A program made the position numbers and the translations under genes. Positions 30,003 through 36,331 of a DNA stretch of 48,467 bases are shown here, in pieces (position 1 is the first letter of the stretch; each line of letters begins with the position of its first letter). Origin of the DNA: a virus; the IMG/VR virus record IMGVR_UViG_3300021363_000002, positions 1 through 48,467 of that record; one strand, given 5' to 3'. The notes under the pieces were generated by a model. It was not told where the DNA came from and did not search any database. It saw only the letters and a program-made list of their open reading frames with translations.

Positions 30003-30313
30003 TACTTCCAGCCTTTTTGCCTGAAGTCTATCTTACTCATGTCGATTGTCTGATCAAATGGAAAGACACCCCGTTTACGACCTAGGATATCATAATGATC
30101 CATGAGAACAGCCTTAGTTTTACCGAGCAGTTCATCGAAATGCTTCTCGGCCTCATCACGAGATGAATATGTCTGCCGAATTCCATTGATGACGAGATTA
30201 AGTGCTGCTCCAACTACATCTTCTGTAGCAAAGCCGTTAGCTTGTTGACCAAAGCGAGTAAACAACTCACGAGCGTTGTCTGTACTCGCTGTCAAGAGAG
30301 GATCATGACTCAT
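30002..30313 (-). CDS. hypothetical protein, 103 aa
   Basis: ATG 30313 gives an ATGA overlap with the upstream stop. Confidence 0.45.
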   Translation of the reverse strand: MSHDPLLTASTDNARELFTRFGQQANGFATEDVVGAALNLVINGIRQTYSSRDEAEKHFDELLGKTKAVLMDHYDILGRKRGVFPFDQTIDMSKIDFRQKGWK

Positions 30314-30729
30314 AACTGGAATATTCCTGCTGCATCCCATGTTATAGTGATATCACCACCATTAGGCGTAACTGGAAGGCCAGTCTGTCCTGTATCGATG
30401 TAAGCAACAAGTCGCCAAGTCGTATTAGCACCTGCATTATGTCGATAGAGGTCAAGTGCTTCAACGGATGCACCTACAACTGCTGTATAGGTGAGGTTGT
30501 CACCATCAAACAGGCCAGTAACAACAGTAGGTGTCGAGATACGCTGCGATGTACCTACAATACGAGCTACAATGTCATCATAGAAGTCATGTGCAGCACT
30601 GTATGCAGAGACACCAGTGTCAGAAAGCTGACAGAAGACACCATCCTGTGCGGTATTAATGTTTAGTGAGATGTCAGCAGAGCCAGAGAGCCATGCCTGC
30701 TTCATTATGGGGTAAAGTGCATTAGCCAT
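30310..30729 (-). CDS. hypothetical structural-module protein
   Basis: Track ORF. Confidence 0.45.
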   Translation of the reverse strand: MANALYPIMKQAWLSGSADISLNINTAQDGVFCQLSDTGVSAYSAAHDFYDDIVARIVGTSQRISTPTVVTGLFDGDNLTYTAVVGASVEALDLYRHNAGANTTWRLVAYIDTGQTGLPVTPNGGDITITWDAAGIFQL

Positions 30730-30738
30730 ATCAAATCC

Positions 30739-31212
30739 TCACGCGAATTTCTGTTTCAAGACCAGAAGTGATGCATCAAGAGACTTCTTATATGCCTCAA
30801 GGTCAGCAATTTGACGCTGTAGATCAGCAATTCGCTTGCTTGCCTCGTCTTGTTCCTTCGCGGCTTCGATTTTGATGCTCGCTACACGCTGTCTTGCCTT
30901 ATCGATGATCTCAACAGCCTTGTTTTCACCATCTTTGACGATGATGTTGGCCTTCTCAGTAGCTTCATCGAACTTTCTGTTGATGTCCTTCTGAACTTGC
31001 TCCAATTGGACCTTATGAGCCGACATCGCAATCGTAATCTGATCCACTTGATACTTCTTCTGACCTAAGGAGGCCTCAAGCAGTGAGATTTCGGACTTCA
31101 AATTCTTCGCTTTCTCCTCATCGTGCCCTTCAGCTACAAGTGCTGTAGCGAATTCGGTCAAAGCAGAATACTGTTGTGCGAAATTAAACGCAGTTTCATG
31201 AAGCTTGCTCAT
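30739..31212 (-). CDS. coiled-coil protein
   Basis: Track ORF; long heptad-like Lys/Glu/Ala sequence. Confidence 0.45.
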   Translation of the reverse strand: MSKLHETAFNFAQQYSALTEFATALVAEGHDEEKAKNLKSEISLLEASLGQKKYQVDQITIAMSAHKVQLEQVQKDINRKFDEATEKANIIVKDGENKAVEIIDKARQRVASIKIEAAKEQDEASKRIADLQRQIADLEAYKKSLDASLLVLKQKFA

Positions 31213-31571
31213 GCGTTGAAGCCTTTATTGCAGATTGTTACCTTCACAGCAGCAGCACCAACTGTGCCAGTCATGATCGCCCTAATGAACAGAGGGTTTT
31301 CCATGATTGCATCAATCCTTGCCGTCGTGAACGTTAATACTGTCCCAAGAGGATTATGTAGTGTATCCCACTGAGTAGGGATATCCTTCTTAGGATCATC
31401 GTTCGTACCCTGAATAGTCACCGTACCAGAGTTAAATGTGCCTCCGACCTGTACAGTCTTATCAGGAGCGAGTGATCTGTTCATGGGCAGACCAGTGCCA
31501 TCTGTATCCGTAAGCCTCCATATAATTACACCCGGTGAGGCATAACCTGATTTATTAGTCGGTACGGCCAT
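31209..31571 (-). CDS. hypothetical beta-rich protein
   Basis: Track ORF; overlapping start and stop. Confidence 0.45.
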   Translation of the reverse strand: MAVPTNKSGYASPGVIIWRLTDTDGTGLPMNRSLAPDKTVQVGGTFNSGTVTIQGTNDDPKKDIPTQWDTLHNPLGTVLTFTTARIDAIMENPLFIRAIMTGTVGAAAVKVTICNKGFNA

Positions 31572-32175
31572 TTGATCGCTTCCTTAAGTCTATGTCTACT
31601 TTAGTCTGTTCATCCTTACTATCAGAGATGACAATCTTCAGACTATCAAAGCCGTCTTCCTGTTTGTTCTTACCAAACAAGGTTTCAGGATGTAGACCAG
31701 CACGGTCAAGTATATCCTGATTAGCTTTGAGTTTCGCTAGCTGATGTTCAGAGTTTTCAGCGATGTACATGACATTATCGAGAGCATCACTGGCAAACGA
31801 GGCGATCTTCGCCTGAAGAGAGTTGGTATTAACACCAATCATCTCATGAAAGAGGATTTCGAACGTCTCCTGATAGGCTTCAAGACGACGTATCTTCTGT
31901 ATATCTTCCACAGCTATGTGGGTAATAAACGACATCTCATTATCAGTCATACCTAAAAGCTGATAAACAATAACAGCATTGATGGCGGTTTGAGTATTCG
32001 GATCGCCAGATGGAAGTTCCTTTACAGTCCTTCTCTGTTTACTAACTATATTCCTAGCAATCGGTGCCCCAAGAACACTATTCGCATGAGGAAGAGCATT
32101 CTCAGGGTTATCACCGGGTAGGAGAACTTGTCCCTTGTCTGTGACATAGGGATCACCGGGTCTGGCTAACGGCAT
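31555..32175 (-). CDS. possible terminase small subunit
   Basis: 206 aa near the start of the late operon. HTH-like DNEMSFITHIAVEDIQKIR and a TerS-like ..NQDILDRAGLHPE motif. Weak, from memory only. Confidence 0.3.
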   Translation of the reverse strand: MPLARPGDPYVTDKGQVLLPGDNPENALPHANSVLGAPIARNIVSKQRRTVKELPSGDPNTQTAINAVIVYQLLGMTDNEMSFITHIAVEDIQKIRRLEAYQETFEILFHEMIGVNTNSLQAKIASFASDALDNVMYIAENSEHQLAKLKANQDILDRAGLHPETLFGKNKQEDGFDSLKIVISDSKDEQTKVDIDLRKRSNGRTD

Positions 32176-32309
32176 TGCTTCTCTTTCAGTTCACGGATGA
32201 TTAACTCTTTAAGATATACCAACTTAGCAGCTATCATCCGCTCTATGTCTTGAGGAGTTGTGTTCTTCCGAACTTCCTCCTCAGATATCTTCACAGTTCC
32301 TATGATCAT
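32166..32309 (-). CDS. hypothetical micro-protein, 47 aa (MIIGTVKISEEEVRKNTTPQDIERMIAAKLVYLKELIIRELKEKQCR)
   Basis: Hand-translated. Its ATG lies 3 nt after a motif copy whose AGGTG serves as the RBS. Its stop overlaps the next start. Confidence 0.4.
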   Translation of the reverse strand: MIIGTVKISEEEVRKNTTPQDIERMIAAKLVYLKELIIRELKEKQCR

Positions 32310-32312
32310 CAA

Positions 32313-32327
32313 CTACAACACCTGTAG
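32313..32327. repeat. motif copy ACTACAACACCTGTAGC filling an 18-nt intergenic gap (stop TAG - motif - TTG - ATG on the minus strand)
   Basis: Read directly. On the sense strand the loop is AGGTG, 9 nt before ATG 32309. Confidence 0.9.
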
Positions 32328-32672
32328 CTAGGCCCAAGTCTGACGATTAGGCCAACCCTTGTTCACTGGAGTAGCAATCTTGCTATCTTCAGAGAACATA
32401 TTACGTAGGATGGTCATATCACCAGCAACCGTAACACGCGACAAGTCTGTAATGAGAACAGGCTTACGAACACCACCTTGTTCAGTCTGCGAATTAGGAA
32501 TACGCTTGTGTGTAAGAAGAGCAGCACCACCTGCAACAGCACCAATCGATGCATCAAGTAGAGCGCGTATCTTCCTTGTCCGTCGTGCAAGACGGAAGTA
32601 CCGACGAAGGTTTCCCGATGTAGTTACTTTACGGAGAGTATACACTCCCCATAGAGGGCTGTAAGCAGGCAT
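32328..32672 (-). CDS. hypothetical basic protein
   Basis: Track ORF; TAATG-type junction with the upstream gene. Confidence 0.5.
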   Translation of the reverse strand: MPAYSPLWGVYTLRKVTTSGNLRRYFRLARRTRKIRALLDASIGAVAGGAALLTHKRIPNSQTEQGGVRKPVLITDLSRVTVAGDMTILRNMFSEDSKIATPVNKGWPNRQTWA

Positions 32673-32860
32673 TAGGATCGTTCTCCTTCTTCAACAATCA
32701 GACGACGTGTCTGATGAACATAGATATCAGCCGTCCCCATAGCCGGAACAACTTGTGTTTCTACAGTCGTCCACTCTGTAGACTTCGCATCTTTTCTGTT
32801 CTGCAGTTGAACATTAACTGGCCAACCTGCATGAGCATCAACTGTAACCTTGGTTGTCAT
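32672..32860 (-). CDS. first late-operon protein, 62 aa (MTTKVTVDAHAGWPVNV...)
   Basis: ATG 32860 is preceded by ACAGGAGTT. The track ORF N-terminal extension runs into the AT-rich promoter region. Confidence 0.5.
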   Translation of the reverse strand: MTTKVTVDAHAGWPVNVQLQNRKDAKSTEWTTVETQVVPAMGTADIYVHQTRRLIVEEGERS

Positions 32861-32888
32861 GTGAACTCCTGTTATTCGCAAGTTCACG

Positions 32889-32903
32889 CTACAGGTGTTG
32901 TAG
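32889..32903. repeat. motif copy in the 5' leader of the late operon
   Basis: GCTACAGGTGTTGTAGT, between the candidate late promoter and ATG 32860. Confidence 0.9.
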
Positions 32904-32926
32904 TGGAATGTAAATATGTATAAAAC

Positions 32927-32955
32927 AATATAAAATATATATTGCATAAGAACAA
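32927..32955 (-). promoter_or_regulatory. candidate sigma70 promoter of the late (minus) operon: TTGTTC-N17-TATATT
   Basis: Read on the minus strand in the AT-rich block, about 65 nt upstream of ATG 32860. Confidence 0.4.
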
Positions 32956-33031
32956 AAAATATGTTATGGAATGTTATTCCCATTCAATAACACGGTGGTC
33001 GGTGCAGGCGTTACTTATGTGGGAGTCCGTC

Positions 33032-33060
33032 TTGACTTCTAGCTACAACTTCTGTAGTGT
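33032..33060 (+). promoter_or_regulatory. candidate promoter TTGACT-N17-TAGTGT with a motif copy filling the spacer
   Basis: Hexamers and 17-nt spacing read directly. The -10 keeps only the T1, A2 and T6 positions. Confidence 0.3.
33043..33057. repeat. motif copy inside a candidate promoter spacer
   Basis: GCTACAACTTCTGTAGT between TTGACT and TAGTGT. Confidence 0.9.
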
Positions 33061-33390
33061 ACTTATAGCAGGTTGGTTGGACACAACTTGCTAGAGCGCG
33101 GTTCTTCCATACCTGTGCTCCAAGTGTGCAGTTCTAGGATAAGGCGGCCTATTACTGCACACTAGTTATTAGATGGCAGTTGCGATGGGTCACTCATCGG
33201 CGGAACTTCTGCTATCTAGGCGGGTGTGATTTTCCCTCCGTTGGTCACACTCGCCACCAATTCTAGATAGATTATCCCCCCAGTCTATCTAGAAAGTGGG
33301 CGCAGTCTGGTAGTCCCCCCTCCCCTGTGGCTGCGCTCACACTCTTCCCCCATAGAAGAAAGATCATACGCCGTCAGGCGCGATGTTAAC

Positions 33391-33451
33391 CCCCAACAAA
33401 TACCCTTATTGCTAATCACACTACCCTCCCCATCAAATATCCCTATTGCTA
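33391..33451 (+). repeat. two 24-nt direct repeats (CCCCAWCAAATAYCCYTATTGCTA), 21/24 identical, 37-nt period
   Basis: 33391..33414 and 33428..33451 aligned by eye. Confidence 0.7.
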
Positions 33452-33506
33452 TTTAACAACATATAGCGCAACTATATCTGATTAGTTACTACTCCTCCCA
33501 ATGACT

Positions 33507-33541
33507 GCGGCTGGTTGATTTATCAACTGGCCGCTTTTTTG
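33507..33541 (+). terminator. intrinsic terminator
   Basis: 12-bp stem GCGGCTGGTTGA/TCAACTGGCCGC (two G-U pairs), TTTA loop, then TTTTTT. Confidence 0.65.
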
Positions 33542-33549
33542 TATTCTGA

Positions 33550-33564
33550 CTACAGGAGTTGTAG
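33550..33564. repeat. motif copy (loop GGAGT) just after the ncRNA terminator
   Basis: ACTACAGGAGTTGTAGT followed by GT, the same TGTAGTGT as at 33053..33060. Confidence 0.9.
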
Positions 33565-33815
33565 TGTCTTTTGTTATAGCAAGCTATAGGGGATACCGGG
33601 GGATAAGGCTTATCTCGCTCCCGCTCGCCGGCGACTTTTCTACAACCCCCGATTGTACTCTTTTACAACCTAGGGGGGTAGGGGGGCAGCTATTATATTT
33701 GTCTGATAAATCAGACAATACGAATACAACCTCCAGTTGCTTGCACATTAACGTAAATGCGCGCATACTTCCTTCGAACTCACTAGAACTGTGCCTGCAA
33801 CCCAAGGAGACCAAC

Positions 33816-34118
33816 ATGACCGCTACCAAGAATACCAATACTGCAAGAATACTTGATGATCTCTCAACTACAACACCTGTAGTTGAAGGCGCTATACCAG
33901 AAGACGAAAGCAAGGCTGAGACATTCGCAAGGTTAACGCCATTGCGTGTTAACAACGCGCTCGACAAGATACGCATCGTCGGCAATCTGGCAAATAGAAG
34001 TCAGTACGAATACACTGACGCGCAAGTAGACAAGATTGAAGCCGCTCTTATGTGGGCAGTGCAAGATATCATGCGCAAGTTCCGCAATGTAAAGATACGG
34101 AACACGTTCGAACTATAG
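33816..34118 (+). CDS. hypothetical protein, 100 aa (first early protein)
   Basis: ATG 33816 is preceded by AAGGAGA. In frame with track ORF 33564..34118. Confidence 0.55.
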   Translation: MTATKNTNTARILDDLSTTTPVVEGAIPEDESKAETFARLTPLRVNNALDKIRIVGNLANRSQYEYTDAQVDKIEAALMWAVQDIMRKFRNVKIRNTFEL

Positions 34119-34192
34119 CAAGTGTAGTCAAGATGTCGCGAGGTCGCATCAAACCACAAACGCCCTCGCGATATCTGATAACTAAACACCAA

Positions 34193-34207
34193 CTACAAGA
34201 CTTGTAG
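34193..34207. repeat. intergenic motif copy flanked by ATATCTG/CAGATAT
   Basis: ACTACAAGACTTGTAGC. Confidence 0.9.
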
Positions 34208-34272
34208 CAGATATATAGGATTATTTCAGCCAATAGTTGCACAGATAAGTGACTAATGCCTTAAGTAATCTA

Positions 34273-34301
34273 TTGTAAATGTAGGTATTATCCCATATAA
34301 T
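34273..34301 (+). promoter_or_regulatory. sigma70 promoter TTGTAA-N17-TATAAT
   Basis: Read directly; 45 nt upstream of the 34348 start. Confidence 0.6.
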
Positions 34302-34330
34302 CTGTGGAATAAAGAGGGATTTACCACCAA

Positions 34331-34345
34331 CTACAGGAGTTGTAG
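34331..34345. repeat. motif copy carrying the RBS (AGGAG) in its loop
   Basis: ACTACAGGAGTTGTAGTGATG. Confidence 0.9.
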
Positions 34346-34347
34346 TG

Positions 34348-34530
34348 ATGTCCAAGCTAACATTAGAACAATTCATTGATGCTAATTGGGTGGTTGGCGT
34401 TTCAGCAGTTGAGTTGATGGATAATATAGATAAGACATTCTGGATAGTTATTCAGAAGAGATATCTATATCTGGATAATAAACTAGAAACTAACAGCAAG
34501 AAGATAACTCATGAAAGGGGTTCAAGGTGA
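34348..34530 (+). CDS. hypothetical protein (ATG 34348, or GTG 34345)
   Basis: Track ORF. The AGGAG in the motif loop lies 8 nt upstream of the ATG. Confidence 0.55.
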   Translation: MSKLTLEQFIDANWVVGVSAVELMDNIDKTFWIVIQKRYLYLDNKLETNSKKITHERGSR

Positions 34531-34739
34531 TGAAACAGGTATATTGGTGTAGTGATGTAGCAGATTGCGATATATGCAATCAACCTGCACAGAATATCAT
34601 GCATGATGCAGCTACTCATCGTGGATGGGGTTGGTTATGTACTAAGTGTTTCGATGGTGAGGGTTGTTCTTTAGGCTTAGGTCGAGGACAACGATATGAA
34701 AAGCAGACCGATGGCAGATACCTTAAGATAGGAGGCTGA
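34527..34739 (+). CDS. Cys-rich zinc-ribbon-like protein
   Basis: CDICNQ...CTKC pattern; overlaps the upstream stop. Confidence 0.5.
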   Translation: MMKQVYWCSDVADCDICNQPAQNIMHDAATHRGWGWLCTKCFDGEGCSLGLGRGQRYEKQTDGRYLKIGG

Positions 34740-34740
34740 T

Positions 34741-34839
34741 ATGGACTGGTATGATGTAACTCAATGGCTGTCTGAGTATGGTGCTACAGCCTTCATAGTT
34801 GGAGGGTTATACTTTTATCTCATGCTCGCTGGTAACTAA
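34741..34839 (+). CDS. small membrane protein, 32 aa (MDWYDVTQWLSEYGATAFIVGGLYFYLMLAGN)
   Basis: Hand-translated; strong TAGGAGG RBS 6 nt upstream. Confidence 0.5.
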   Translation: MDWYDVTQWLSEYGATAFIVGGLYFYLMLAGN

Positions 34840-34848
34840 TTACAGCCC

Positions 34849-34888
34849 TATATGGCTGGCTCTGCTGGCCATATATAGAAGTAATTGG
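34849..34888 (+). repeat. conserved hairpin plus AGAAGTAATTGG tail (copy A)
   Basis: 12-bp stem TATATGGCTGGC/GCTGGCCATATA with two G-U pairs; paralogue at 35526..35563. Confidence 0.6.
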
Positions 34889-34931
34889 TAGTTGATCATT
34901 CGGTCAACATTACTTCAAAACGGAGATTATC

Positions 34932-35177
34932 ATGCGTAAGTCCTTATTCACCACGCTCGTCGTGTTGTCTTTCCTCAATATATCTACATCATTCGCCGAT
35001 GTTATCGACGATAACGTGGCCAAGGCTGTCAAGTCGGTCGCGACGGCTACCAAGCGGCTTGAAGTTGCAAAACAATGTCAAGCTGACCGTGTTGCCTGCA
35101 AGGCCAAGATGACTGCCAGTGCTACAAAGTCTCTTGCTAATGCACAGAAGCGGCTGGCTGCTTTGTCGGCACAGTAA
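34932..35177 (+). CDS. small secreted protein
   Basis: Signal peptide MRKSLFTTLVVLSFLNISTSFA; GGAG RBS. Confidence 0.55.
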   Translation: MRKSLFTTLVVLSFLNISTSFADVIDDNVAKAVKSVATATKRLEVAKQCQADRVACKAKMTASATKSLANAQKRLAALSAQ

Positions 35178-35191
35178 TATCAAATACCATG

Positions 35192-35224
35192 GGCGCGAGT
35201 AATATCGCGCCTTTGGCGTTTTTC
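35192..35224 (+). terminator. intrinsic terminator
   Basis: GGCGCGA-GTAATA-TCGCGCC followed by TTTGGCGTTTTT. Confidence 0.6.
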
Positions 35225-35237
35225 GTCTTCATCCCAA

Positions 35238-35252
35238 ATACAGGAGTTGTAG
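35238..35252. repeat. one-mismatch motif copy carrying the RBS in its loop
   Basis: ATACAGGAGTTGTAGTTATG. Confidence 0.8.
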
Positions 35253-35254
35253 TT

Positions 35255-35515
35255 ATGGCTGGTATACGTATTGCAGTGGTTACATGGAAGCATGAGCCTC
35301 TGGAGATCAGTGAACAGGGTGTTGAGTCTATTGGTGATGCTGTCAACAGCTTCATCGATATGGAATTGAAGGAAGGTAATCTGGTATCACAGGTTGCTTT
35401 GGAGTTCGATGAGGGTGAACAGTACAAGATGCGCGAGTGGCATCTTAAGCGGCATAATGGTGATGGTGAGTACAAGCCTACAACTAAGGCTGGTAAGTCT
35501 AAGTCTGCTTACTGA
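35255..35515 (+). CDS. hypothetical protein, 86 aa
   Basis: ATG 35255 lies 2 nt after a motif copy (loop AGGAG). The track ORF start at 35189 lies inside the terminator. Confidence 0.55.
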   Translation: MAGIRIAVVTWKHEPLEISEQGVESIGDAVNSFIDMELKEGNLVSQVALEFDEGEQYKMREWHLKRHNGDGEYKPTTKAGKSKSAY

Positions 35516-35525
35516 TTGCAGCTTC

Positions 35526-35563
35526 ATATGGCCGCTTCGGTGGCCATATTGAGAAGCAATTGG
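35526..35563 (+). repeat. conserved hairpin plus AGAAGCAATTGG tail (copy B)
   Basis: 10-bp stem ATATGGCCGC/GTGGCCATAT closing a TTCG tetraloop; compensatory changes relative to copy A. Confidence 0.6.
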
Positions 35564-35574
35564 CTTCATTCTAA

Positions 35575-35589
35575 CTACAGGAGTTGTAG
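35575..35589. repeat. motif copy carrying the RBS in its loop
   Basis: ACTACAGGAGTTGTAGTCGTG. Confidence 0.9.
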
Positions 35590-35591
35590 TC

Positions 35592-35777
35592 GTGGTTAAA
35601 GTGTTCGTCCTTGTAGGACAATTCATCGTCTTGCCGCCATGTGTATCGGAAGATGCACATAACTGTTATTGGGATGCGCAGAGCATGAGGAACCATGTAG
35701 GCAAGTCTTTCATCGATATAGATGGAGAAGTCTTGTATGATATCCCATCATTTAATATGCCAATAGAGGAGAAGTAA
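35592..35777 (+). CDS. hypothetical protein
   Basis: GTG start 2 nt after a motif copy with AGGAG in its loop. Confidence 0.5.
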   Translation: MVKVFVLVGQFIVLPPCVSEDAHNCYWDAQSMRNHVGKSFIDIDGEVLYDIPSFNMPIEEK

Positions 35778-35778
35778 C

Positions 35779-36096
35779 ATGCTTATACAATCTGAAGAGT
35801 ATCACAAGTTCACACGCTGGTATCGTAGGCGTATTACGCGATCGCCGATACCCCTGCCAGTGAATAACCCTCGCTTGCAACTGTGGGTGAGAATGGAGTC
35901 GCAGGGTTATGTTGAAGTTGATATCCCTGTTCATCTACGCAATGCGACTAGCCTTACCAAGTTTGGCCATCGTGATATGATCAACCACAAATCATCGAGG
36001 GCGGCTGAGAAGTATCAGCGTGATGTCAAGTCTGCTCGGTATACTGATGTCATCATCAGGCAGAGCGACGATAACATGGGGGTTGCAACCCAATGA
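35779..36096 (+). CDS. hypothetical basic protein
   Basis: Track ORF. Confidence 0.5.
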   Translation: MLIQSEEYHKFTRWYRRRITRSPIPLPVNNPRLQLWVRMESQGYVEVDIPVHLRNATSLTKFGHRDMINHKSSRAAEKYQRDVKSARYTDVIIRQSDDNMGVATQ

Positions 36097-36266
36097 CCCA
36101 TGAGTACACTGTAGTCTTCTATCGTCAGTATGGTCAGTGGTATGTTACCATACCATTTTATGGACGTCGTGATGCAGAGCGTCATGCTCGTTTGTATCTC
36201 GATGATCCTAAGAAGGATTATATCAAGGATATCGTATACCATGCTGTAGAATTGCCTGAAGACTGA
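36093..36266 (+). CDS. hypothetical protein, 57 aa (MTHEYTVVFYRQYGQWYVTIPFYGRRDAERH...)
   Basis: Hand-translated; ATGA overlap. Confidence 0.45.
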   Translation: MTHEYTVVFYRQYGQWYVTIPFYGRRDAERHARLYLDDPKKDYIKDIVYHAVELPED

Positions 36267-36277
36267 CATTTCCAGTT

Positions 36278-36300
36278 ACGGCTACAACACTTGTAGCCGT
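36278..36300. repeat. motif copy extended to a 10-bp stem with a 3-nt loop
   Basis: ACGGCTACAA-CAC-TTGTAGCCGT. Confidence 0.9.
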
Positions 36301-36331
36301 ATCTAGAACTGCCAGAAGAGGAGTAAATAGC

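Larger units (their letters stand above)
33062..33541 (+). ncRNA. candidate structured non-coding RNA of about 480 nt, ending at an intrinsic terminator
   Basis: Consecutive helices at 33067-74/33085-92, 33094-99/33115-20, 33123-32/33154-63 (10 bp perfect), 33170-79/33209-18, 33220-29/33245-54, 33261-71/33284-94 (11 bp perfect) and 33296-305/33331-40. Five of them contain G-T pairs that work only as G-U on the plus-sense RNA. The 5' end is uncertain. Confidence 0.35.
32984..33815. other. ORF-free divergent control region of about 830 bp (promoters, structured RNA, repeats, G/C tracts)
   Basis: 32984..33563 has no six-frame ORF of 60 aa or more. The only ORF over 33564..33815 is an implausible N-terminal extension. 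Confidence 0.8.

Noticed and set aside
33673-33686. GGGGGGTAGGGGGG as a sequencing or assembly artefact (homopolymer error)
   Set aside because: Complementary C-tracts and two further G-runs occur in the same region in an ordered arrangement. This argues that it is real sequence. It can still be checked against read pile-ups.
33564-33815. N-terminal 84 codons of track ORF 33564..34118 (GTG start inside a motif copy)
   Set aside because: There is no RBS apart from the motif loop, and the extension crosses G-runs, palindromes and low-complexity sequence. A strong AAGGAGA-N6-ATG at 33816 gives a compact 100-aa protein. The extension is treated as leader RNA.
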